A stretch of 64,000 nt of DNA from Flavobacteriales bacterium (lineage in GTDB: Bacteria; Bacteroidota; Bacteroidia; Flavobacteriales; TMED113): assembly GCA_002701365.1 (NCBI GenBank), contig NZUK01000009.1, positions 121,646 through 185,645 on the forward strand, written 5' to 3'. Positions 47,451-55,637 of this stretch are shown piece after piece. The stretch's first letter is position 1. Every line of letters starts with the position of its first letter. The notes under the pieces are model-generated. The model worked only from the letters and a program-made list of their open reading frames with translations, ran no database searches and was not told the DNA's origin. The position numbers were made by a program, and so were the translations under genes.

Positions 47451-49428
47451 TTTAACCTCAGATTATAAACCAACTGGTGATCAGCCAGAAGCTATCAAAT
47501 CAATTACTGATAAATTATTACAGGGCACACAGTATCAATGTCTACATGGAGTAACTGGTTCAGGAAAAACATTTACAATGGCGAATGTTGTAAATAATTT
47601 AAATAACCCTGTTTTAGTTTTATCACATAACAAAACCTTAGCAGCACAACTCTATGAAGAGTTTAAAGTATTTTTTCCAAAAAATGCTATAGAATACTTT
47701 GTTTCATATTATGATTATTATCAACCGGAGGCATATCTACCATCAACAAACACATATATTGAAAAAGATTTATCAATTAACGATGAAATAGAAAAATTTA
47801 GGTTAAGTACTACATCGTCACTTTTATCTGGAAGAAAGGACGTAATTGTTGTTGCTTCTGTCTCATGTATTTATGGCATGGGCAACCCCACTTTTTTTAA
47901 AGAAAAAACTATTACAATAAAACAAGGTCAAAAATATAATAGAAAAAACCTTCTTAATGATTTGATTGAAGCACAATATAGAAGAGTAAATTCAACCTAT
48001 ATAGAAAGAGGTGATGTTAAATTGACTGGAGATACAATTATCATATATCCTAGTAACCAAGATGTAAAGTATAAAATTCAATTCTGGGGTGATGAAATTG
48101 AAAAGATTGAACAATTAAATAATGAAGAAAACACTAAAATTAAAGTGAAAAATGTTCAAATATCCCCTGCTAACTTATTTGTGACATCAAAAAATAATAT
48201 TCAAAATGCCATAAAAATAATAAAAAGAGATTTAACTAATCAAGTGAATTTTTTTATTAAAAACAACCAACCTAAAGAAGCGCAAAGATTAGAGCAAAGA
48301 GTTAATTATGACCTAGAGATGATTAAGGAATTAGGTTATTGCACTGGAATTGAAAATTACTCAAGATATTTTGATGGAAGAAAAAAAGGTGAAAGACCAT
48401 TTTGTTTAATGGATTATTTTCCAAAAGATTTTTTACTTATTATAGATGAGAGTCATGTGACAATACCACAACTAAGAGCTATGCACGGAGGTGATCAAGC
48501 AAGAAAAAAAACATTAGTTGAATATGGCTTTAGATTACCAGCAGCATTAGAAAACCGGCCACTATCTTTTGATGAATTTGAAAAAATTAATAAAAAAAAT
48601 ATTTTTATTAGTGCTACTCCTGGAGAATATGAGCTATCTAAAAGTGGAAAACTTGTAACTGAACAATTAATAAGACCAACAGGCTTGCTAGAACCTACAA
48701 TTATTATAAGATCTTCAAAAAATCAAATAGATGATTTATTGCAAGAAATACATCAAAGAATAAAAAAACAACAAAGAGTTCTAGTCACAACACTAACAAA
48801 AAAAATGGCGGAACAATTAAGTAGGTATTTAATTAAATCAGGTATTAAATCTACATATATACATTCAGATGTAGATACAATTGAGCGAGTTGAAATAATG
48901 AAAAATTTAAGACTAGGTAATATTGATGTGTTAATCGGAGTAAACTTACTAAGAGAAGGTCTAGACTTGCCTGAAGTATCATTAGTCGCTATAATTGATG
49001 CTGACAAGGAAGGTTTTTTAAGATCTAGAAAATCATTAATTCAAACAATTGGAAGAGCAGCAAGGCATATAGAGGGCCAAAGTATATTATATGCTGACAA
49101 AATCACTACATCTATTCAAGAAGTCCTTAATGAAACACACAGAAAACGTCAAATACAAGAAGAATATAATCGGAAATATAATATCAAACCTAGATCTCTA
49201 AATAAAAAGATACAATCAAGTTCGCTATTAACAAGTAATAAAAAGACAACACATTATGATATTTCAAAAAAAGAACTCAATTCTTTTTCAGAAAAGGACT
49301 TAAAAATAGCAATTCAAAAAACAAAAAAAAGAATGAATTCTGCAGCTATATCCATGAACTTCATAGATGCTGCTAAGCATCGAGACAATATGTTTGCTAT
49401 GCAAAAAAGGCTGAAACAGATAACTTAA
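47443..49428 (+). CDS. uvrB: excinuclease ABC subunit B
   Basis: YKPTGDQPEAI, GVTGSGKT, DESHVT and a C-terminal UVR domain (FIDAAKHRD). Confidence 0.97.
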   Translation: MFNLTSDYKPTGDQPEAIKSITDKLLQGTQYQCLHGVTGSGKTFTMANVVNNLNNPVLVLSHNKTLAAQLYEEFKVFFPKNAIEYFVSYYDYYQPEAYLPSTNTYIEKDLSINDEIEKFRLSTTSSLLSGRKDVIVVASVSCIYGMGNPTFFKEKTITIKQGQKYNRKNLLNDLIEAQYRRVNSTYIERGDVKLTGDTIIIYPSNQDVKYKIQFWGDEIEKIEQLNNEENTKIKVKNVQISPANLFVTSKNNIQNAIKIIKRDLTNQVNFFIKNNQPKEAQRLEQRVNYDLEMIKELGYCTGIENYSRYFDGRKKGERPFCLMDYFPKDFLLIIDESHVTIPQLRAMHGGDQARKKTLVEYGFRLPAALENRPLSFDEFEKINKKNIFISATPGEYELSKSGKLVTEQLIRPTGLLEPTIIIRSSKNQIDDLLQEIHQRIKKQQRVLVTTLTKKMAEQLSRYLIKSGIKSTYIHSDVDTIERVEIMKNLRLGNIDVLIGVNLLREGLDLPEVSLVAIIDADKEGFLRSRKSLIQTIGRAARHIEGQSILYADKITTSIQEVLNETHRKRQIQEEYNRKYNIKPRSLNKKIQSSSLLTSNKKTTHYDISKKELNSFSEKDLKIAIQKTKKRMNSAAISMNFIDAAKHRDNMFAMQKRLKQIT

Positions 49429-50240
49429 TTACCTAAAATTAAAGGCAACCCATTTTCTCCTGAACCTACAATAACCACTTTACTATTTGGAGATTCTGCT
49501 AGTTTCACTGTTGCTTCAATACCTTTATCTCTCAGAACATTGTCAGTTAAACTAGCACTTAAGATTCTATTAGCTTTAGCTTTTCCTTCTGCTTCAATAA
49601 TTTGTCTTTGTGCTTCTTTTTCTGCTTGTTCTATCTTAAAATCATACTGTTCCGCCACTTGTTCTTGTTTCAATTTACTTTCAATAGCATCCTGTAATGT
49701 CTTCGGCAAAGTCACATCACGTATTAAAACTGCGTCTAATAAAAGATTTTTTTGAGCTAATGCCATCTTAGTTCGTTCATAAATTTCATCTTCAATGACT
49801 TCTCGTTTTGTAGAATATAATTCTTCCGGCAAATACTCTCCAATCACCTCTCTAGTTACAGATCTAATTTCTGGTATAATAATATTTTTATGATAATTTA
49901 ATCCTAAGTCATCATGAATATAACCGATCTTATCGTCAACTGGTTTATATCGATACGATAATTCAGTTTTAATTGTTAACCCATTTTTTGCTAAAGCATC
50001 CATAAGAGATAAATCTTCTTGTATCCTGACATTATAAATGTACTTTTCATTCCATGGTGCAATAAAATGAAAACCTTGATCTTTGACCTTATCTTTTTCT
50101 AAACCTTTGCCAAATCTTTTAAACACAACTGCTCTTTCACCTGGCCCAACAGTATAAGTCATACGAGTACCAAATAATAGCACAAAAACAAAAGTGAATA
50201 AGGCAGCTAAAACAAATGGATTTAATTTTTGATTGTTCAT
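49425..50240 (-). CDS. SPFH/band-7 (prohibitin-like) membrane protein
   Basis: N-terminal TM helix, an SPFH core and an E/A/Q-rich coiled-coil (QEQVAEQYDFKIEQAEKEAQRQIIEAEGKAKAN). Confidence 0.85.
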   Translation of the reverse strand: MNNQKLNPFVLAALFTFVFVLLFGTRMTYTVGPGERAVVFKRFGKGLEKDKVKDQGFHFIAPWNEKYIYNVRIQEDLSLMDALAKNGLTIKTELSYRYKPVDDKIGYIHDDLGLNYHKNIIIPEIRSVTREVIGEYLPEELYSTKREVIEDEIYERTKMALAQKNLLLDAVLIRDVTLPKTLQDAIESKLKQEQVAEQYDFKIEQAEKEAQRQIIEAEGKAKANRILSASLTDNVLRDKGIEATVKLAESPNSKVVIVGSGENGLPLILGN

Positions 50241-50301
50241 AATCTATATTTTGTAAGTTATATTATTTGCTAATTTATATTTAATATTTTCAAGAACAAA
50301 A

Positions 50302-52386
50302 TTAATAATTAAGATATCTTCTTCTTATAAACCACTCTGCAAATAAACTAACTAAAATAAACACCAATAAAGTTTGAAAATTGATCAAAGACTTATACGA
50401 ATAATTTAAATATGTTCTAGGTTTAAAATTGTTTGGATTAGTTATATCGGAGATTAATTCACCTATACTATCTCTTGATATTAATTTACCATTGTATTTG
50501 CTGGCTAAGTTCGATAAAAATAATTCATCAGAAACTAACTCTCGAGTTTCAAGATTAAAATCAGCAACAATAAAACTTCCCTCTTCCACAAATACCTCAT
50601 TACCTATTTCAGTATTTGCGATAAAATTATATTTACCCTCCGGAAGGTCAATTGATAAAAAATAATAGTTTTCGAGTGTATTAAATTGATATGTATAAGA
50701 CTGGCCTAAAGAATCAATGACATTGAAAGTCACATCATAAATATTAGTTAATTCAAAATTTTTATTATATAACTCTGCATTAAATACAATACTATTATTA
50801 GATCGCTGTAAAGGCTCATATGATACATGAAACCTACTTTTATCTTCATCTAATATTAAAGTTTGAATAATTTTATTAATCAACGAATTGAAATGACGGT
50901 GATTCTTATTTAAGTACATATTGTTTAAACGCCAACGCCAAATACCTTCACCTAATAAAAATGCAGATTTAGACTCATTTTCAGTAAAAAATAAAATAGG
51001 TTTTTGCGTGTTGATCGAACCAATTTTCTTGTACAATAATGTCTCTGATAGAGAACTTATTTCAAAATCTGCAAATGGAGTGATGAATGGGGATGAAAAA
51101 GACAGAAATTCTACCAGAGAATCATTAAGAGAGAAATATGAGAAATCTCTATTAAGAGTAGTATTAACAGTCTCAAAACTATGAGTTTTATTTTGAAATT
51201 TGACAAAATCTTGCATTTGATTAAATTGATTTAAATCCGATCCTGAACCCATAATAAACCAAACAGGTGTTTGTGTATGTAGTGACAAGTCTAATAGTTG
51301 TCCTGAACCTGATAGTTGATGAGCGATTATCAAACTATAATCTTCTAAATTAGAGTGATCAAAAGATTCCATATTATCTTTAGAATACCAATATGTATCT
51401 AATTCATATTGATCAAAAGATTCTAAACTTTCCACAATGGCACTTATATCTGGATGAGGAGAAGTAAATAATAAAAGAATTTTTTTTCGATCGTCTATAA
51501 CATCTATAAAAAATGACTTAGAATTATTAGATATATTTTTTTCAAATTCTTGAGACTTTATTCTGGCAAAATAACTTTGAACACCTACATCATCTGGAGA
51601 AAGAAAAAACTGTATCTTATGACTATACTGGTTGTTAGTAGATTTGATGTTTTGACTATATATCGGCTGAACATGTTTAGGGTCTTTATTATTGTCAAAA
51701 ACTTCGAATAACATATCCGAACCTTTCATTTTTTCAGCACAAATTAATACGTCAACTGGACTCTGATTGCCTAAATGAGTGATTTTATTACTGCGAACTG
51801 ATTTTATAAAAGCATCCTTGTAATGTGTTGTGTCTCCTAGTAAAACCGAGTACAGAGGGGCGTTCAATACCACATTAGAATATAAAGCATTGAAACCTTG
51901 ATTATATATGCCATCTGAAGCTAGTATATATCCACCAACATTAAGATTAGAATAAATATTAGATATATCATCTATAGCAGATGATATATTCGTAGAGTAA
52001 CCAGTAAAATCAACTTTATCTCTTACTTGATCATCAAAAGATATAACATCAATATTTACATTTTTCAATTTTGATAAAGAATCTAAATAACTCTTATAAT
52101 TTACTCTAAAATATGTAGAATCTTTGTTTAAAACAATAGAAGAACTATTGTCCTGTAAAAAAACAAGTAACGGTTGATCAATTATTTTATCTTTTTGAAT
52201 TAAATATGGTTTAAGAAGTAGACAGAATAAGACGAAAAAGGTCAAAAATCTTAAAAAAAATAAAATAATCACTATGTATTTAGGCACATCAACTAACCCT
52301 TCCTTTTTATTATATAAAACATAACTTAAGAAGATACTTATTATAAAAAATATAATTATATAAATAATTGATGCGCCAATGATCAT
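50302..52386 (-). CDS. large membrane protein with N-terminal double-TM segment and VWA/MIDAS-like motif
   Basis: Two N-terminal TM helices followed by PLLVFLQDNSSSI (DxSxS-like), plus a C-terminal TM helix. No other motif recognised. Confidence 0.5.
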   Translation of the reverse strand: MIIGASIIYIIIFFIISIFLSYVLYNKKEGLVDVPKYIVIILFFLRFLTFFVLFCLLLKPYLIQKDKIIDQPLLVFLQDNSSSIVLNKDSTYFRVNYKSYLDSLSKLKNVNIDVISFDDQVRDKVDFTGYSTNISSAIDDISNIYSNLNVGGYILASDGIYNQGFNALYSNVVLNAPLYSVLLGDTTHYKDAFIKSVRSNKITHLGNQSPVDVLICAEKMKGSDMLFEVFDNNKDPKHVQPIYSQNIKSTNNQYSHKIQFFLSPDDVGVQSYFARIKSQEFEKNISNNSKSFFIDVIDDRKKILLLFTSPHPDISAIVESLESFDQYELDTYWYSKDNMESFDHSNLEDYSLIIAHQLSGSGQLLDLSLHTQTPVWFIMGSGSDLNQFNQMQDFVKFQNKTHSFETVNTTLNRDFSYFSLNDSLVEFLSFSSPFITPFADFEISSLSETLLYKKIGSINTQKPILFFTENESKSAFLLGEGIWRWRLNNMYLNKNHRHFNSLINKIIQTLILDEDKSRFHVSYEPLQRSNNSIVFNAELYNKNFELTNIYDVTFNVIDSLGQSYTYQFNTLENYYFLSIDLPEGKYNFIANTEIGNEVFVEEGSFIVADFNLETRELVSDELFLSNLASKYNGKLISRDSIGELISDITNPNNFKPRTYLNYSYKSLINFQTLLVFILVSLFAEWFIRRRYLNY

Positions 52387-52407
52387 AAAACAGTATATAA
52401 GACTAAA

Positions 52408-53154
52408 TTAAGTTGCCATGCCTCCACATACGTTGATAACTTGTCCAGTAACATATGATGACATATCCGAAGCTAAAAAGACAACAACATTTGCAACATC
52501 ATCAACACTTCCGGTTCTTTTAAGTGGTATATTGTTTTTCCATTCCTTTGAAACCTCACTACCCAATCCTTGGGTCATCTCAGTTTCTATAAAACCAGGG
52601 GCGATAACATTAGATCTAATATTACGTGAACCCAACTCTAAAGCGATAGATTTAGAAAACCCAATAATTGCTGATTTAGAAGCAGCATAATTAGACTGAC
52701 CTGCATTCCCTTTTACACCCACAATAGAACTTAAATTGATAATTGAGCCAGTCCTATTTTTTAACATGTTTTTTTGAACAAGTTTAGTCATATTAAAAAC
52801 CGACTTTAAATTTATTGACACTACAGAGTCAAAATCATCTTCGCTCATACGTAACAACAAATTATCTTTTGTTATACCAGCATTATTTACTAAAACATCT
52901 ATTTGATTAAATTTTTCTATAACATTAGTTATAAGTAATTCGCAATCTTTAAATTTTGAAGCATCTGATTTAAAAGCAGTAACGCTGACTCCGTTTTTTT
53001 CTGCCTCTTCAACAACAGAATTCGCCTTTTCAGAGGATGAAACATAAGTAAAAACCACATTAGCACCATGCTCAGCTAATTTTAAAACAATAGATCTTCC
53101 AATACCTCTAGAACCACCAGTAACAACAATCGTTTTATTTTTCAATAATTTCAT
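52408..53154 (-). CDS. fabG: 3-oxoacyl-[ACP] reductase
   Basis: TGGSRGIG, NNAGI and YAASK SDR motifs. Length 248 aa. Confidence 0.85.
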   Translation of the reverse strand: MKLLKNKTIVVTGGSRGIGRSIVLKLAEHGANVVFTYVSSSEKANSVVEEAEKNGVSVTAFKSDASKFKDCELLITNVIEKFNQIDVLVNNAGITKDNLLLRMSEDDFDSVVSINLKSVFNMTKLVQKNMLKNRTGSIINLSSIVGVKGNAGQSNYAASKSAIIGFSKSIALELGSRNIRSNVIAPGFIETEMTQGLGSEVSKEWKNNIPLKRTGSVDDVANVVVFLASDMSSYVTGQVINVCGGMAT

Positions 53155-53156
53155 AA

Positions 53157-54029
53157 CTAGTCTAAAATTTGTTTCATTTTTTCACCAATATCAGCTGGTG
53201 ATTTAACTACATGAATTCCGCACTCTTTCATAATTTTCATTTTTGCAAACGCAGTGTCATCTTTACCGCCAACAATAGCTCCAGCATGTCCCATTTTACG
53301 ACCTTTAGGTGCAGTTTGGCCTGCAATAAAACCTACCACAGGTTTAGTTCCATTTTCCTTAATCCAATATGCCGCTTCATTCTCCATCTGCCCACCAATT
53401 TCACCTATTAGAACAATAGCATCTGTTGAGTTATCTTTCATAAACATTTTAACAGCATCGCAAGTCGTTGTACCGATAACAGGATCTCCTCCGATACCTA
53501 TACAGGTGGACTGACCAAGTCCAACTTTCGTCAATTGATCGACAGCTTCGTAAGTTAATGTTCCTGAACGCGACACGACACCGATATTTCCTTTCTTATG
53601 AATAAATCCTGGCATAATACCTACTTTAATTTCTCCAGGAGTAATGACACCTGGACAATTAGGTCCAATTAAAGTAGAATTTGAATCTTTTAAAATAGAT
53701 TTAACATGGATCATATCTTTTGTTGGTATACCCTCTGTAATACATACTATTACTTTAATACTAGAATCCACAGCCTCTTTTATTGCAGAAGCAGCAAAAC
53801 GTGGTGGAACAAAAATAATCGACACATCAATGTCATTAAATTTATCTAAAGCATCTGAAACAGTATTAAAAACAGGGCGATCTAAATGAATCAAGCCACC
53901 CTTTCCAGGAGTCACACCAGCAACAATATTAGTTCCATAGTCAATCATCTCTTTAGAATGAAACGTGCCCTCTCCGCCTGTAAAACCTTGTACTAATACT
54001 TTAGATTTCTCATTAATTAAAACACTCAT
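53157..54029 (-). CDS. sucD: succinate--CoA ligase subunit alpha
   Basis: [21 protein letters not shown] and the phosphohistidine loop GHAGAI. Confidence 0.95.
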   Translation of the reverse strand: MSVLINEKSKVLVQGFTGGEGTFHSKEMIDYGTNIVAGVTPGKGGLIHLDRPVFNTVSDALDKFNDIDVSIIFVPPRFAASAIKEAVDSSIKVIVCITEGIPTKDMIHVKSILKDSNSTLIGPNCPGVITPGEIKVGIMPGFIHKKGNIGVVSRSGTLTYEAVDQLTKVGLGQSTCIGIGGDPVIGTTTCDAVKMFMKDNSTDAIVLIGEIGGQMENEAAYWIKENGTKPVVGFIAGQTAPKGRKMGHAGAIVGGKDDTAFAKMKIMKECGIHVVKSPADIGEKMKQILD

Positions 54030-54118
54030 AATTGAAAAATTTAGTTGTTATTTTTAAATAACAACAAACATAGAAAATAAATCAACTAAAAATGAAATAT
54101 CAACTAATTATAATAATT

Positions 54119-54126
54119 TAAATTTG
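54119..54126 (+). promoter_or_regulatory. TAnnTTTG -7 box (TAAATTTG) upstream of mnmE
   Basis: Exact motif, 28 nt upstream of ATG 54154. Confidence 0.35.
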
Positions 54127-54153
54127 TACAATATATTATAAGTAATTTAACCC

Positions 54154-55533
54154 ATGGATAATAATACAATATGTTCGATTTCAACGGCTCCTGGACATGG
54201 TGCCATATCAATTATCAGAATATCAGGAAAAAAATCAATAAGGATAATTAATAAGTTATTTAAAGCCCATGATAAAAATAAATTATCTAGCAAGAATACA
54301 AAAAAAGTGATTCTAGGGAATATAATTTACAAAAATCAAAGTATTGACGAAGTTCTTGTAACCGCATTTCAGTCTCCAAAATCCTACACAGGAGAAGATA
54401 TGGTAGAAATATCATGTCATGGTTCTGCATATATTCAATCCAAGATTATTCAAGCATTAATAGATAATGGTTGTCGAACTGCACAAAAAGGTGAATTTAC
54501 AATGCGTGCTTTTTTAAATGGCAAATTAGATTTATCTCAAGCAGAAGGAGTTGCTAACTTAATTGCATCAGAAAATGAGCAATCTCATAAAATTGCAATG
54601 AAACAAATGCGAGGCGGATTCTCAGATGAAATTAAAAACCTTAGAAAGAAATTTATCAAATTTGCAGCACTTATTGAACTAGAACTTGATTTTAGTCAAG
54701 AAGATGTAGAGTTTGCAAACAGAGAAGAATTATTAAATCTAATAGATAATATTGAAGATAAAATATCGAAACTAGCTAACTCTTTTAAGCTTGGGAATGT
54801 TATTAAAAATGGTATACCTATAACGATTGTTGGTTCTCCTAATTCTGGAAAATCTACATTATTAAATCAAATTCTTAATGAAGAACGAGCAATCGTTTCC
54901 AATATTAAGGGAACCACAAGAGATACAATAGAGGAAAATATTGTTATCAACGGATATAAATTTAAGTTTATTGACACTGCAGGATTGAGAAATACTCAAG
55001 ATAAGATTGAAAAAATTGGAATATCTAAAACATATAAAAAAATTAGTGAATCTGCATTTATTTTATACATGATTGACAAGACTGAATTTAATGAAGTTGA
55101 AACAGAAGAAGAAATTCTTAGTATTCAAAAAAAGATGCAATATAATGACTCCCTAATTGTATTAGCTAACAAACATGACTTACACGAACAAGATATTTTT
55201 TTAAAAACAATAAAAAACGTCAATATCATTAATATATCTGCAAAAAATGGAGACAAAATAGGTGTTATTCTAGAAACAATAATGTCAAAAGTTCAAGCCT
55301 GGGGAGATGTTAATAATCAAATTATAATAATCAACCAAAGACATTTTGAATCTTTAATTAATACGTTAAAAAGCATAAGTGACATAAAAAAAGGATTAAA
55401 GCAAAATATTTCGGGAGAATTATTATCAATAGATATTAAAAATTGTCTAGAATACCTAGGCCAAATAACAGGAGAAATTACAAATGACAATTTATTAGAT
55501 TCTATTTTTCAAGACTTTTGTATTGGAAAATAA
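54154..55533 (+). CDS. mnmE: tRNA modification GTPase MnmE
   Basis: TICSISTAPGHGAISIIRISG, G1 GSPNSGKST, DTAG and the C-terminal CIGK. Confidence 0.95.
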   Translation: MDNNTICSISTAPGHGAISIIRISGKKSIRIINKLFKAHDKNKLSSKNTKKVILGNIIYKNQSIDEVLVTAFQSPKSYTGEDMVEISCHGSAYIQSKIIQALIDNGCRTAQKGEFTMRAFLNGKLDLSQAEGVANLIASENEQSHKIAMKQMRGGFSDEIKNLRKKFIKFAALIELELDFSQEDVEFANREELLNLIDNIEDKISKLANSFKLGNVIKNGIPITIVGSPNSGKSTLLNQILNEERAIVSNIKGTTRDTIEENIVINGYKFKFIDTAGLRNTQDKIEKIGISKTYKKISESAFILYMIDKTEFNEVETEEEILSIQKKMQYNDSLIVLANKHDLHEQDIFLKTIKNVNIINISAKNGDKIGVILETIMSKVQAWGDVNNQIIIINQRHFESLINTLKSISDIKKGLKQNISGELLSIDIKNCLEYLGQITGEITNDNLLDSIFQDFCIGK

Positions 55534-55534
55534 A

Positions 55535-55542
55535 TATATTTG
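55535..55542 (+). promoter_or_regulatory. TAnnTTTG -7 box (TATATTTG) driving the TPP riboswitch leader
   Basis: Exact motif ending about 8 nt before the first conserved aptamer nucleotides. Confidence 0.45.
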
Positions 55543-55547
55543 CAAAG

Positions 55548-55617
55548 TCTCATTGGGGGTGCTTAAATGCTGAGATTATACCCACAGAACTTGCGGTGGT
55601 AATTCATCGAAAGAATT
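55548..55617 (+). promoter_or_regulatory. TPP (THI-box) riboswitch aptamer
   Basis: GGGGGUGC (55555-55562), CUGAGA (55570-55575) and ACCC (55580-55583) are present. A pyrophosphate-arm helix CGGUG/CAUCG (55594-55598/55605-55609) closes a GUAAUU loop and is followed by AAAGAA. Order and spacing match the THI element, but P1 and P3 are weak or short. Confidence 0.7.
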
Positions 55618-55637
55618 ATTAATTTAAAATTAGTACA

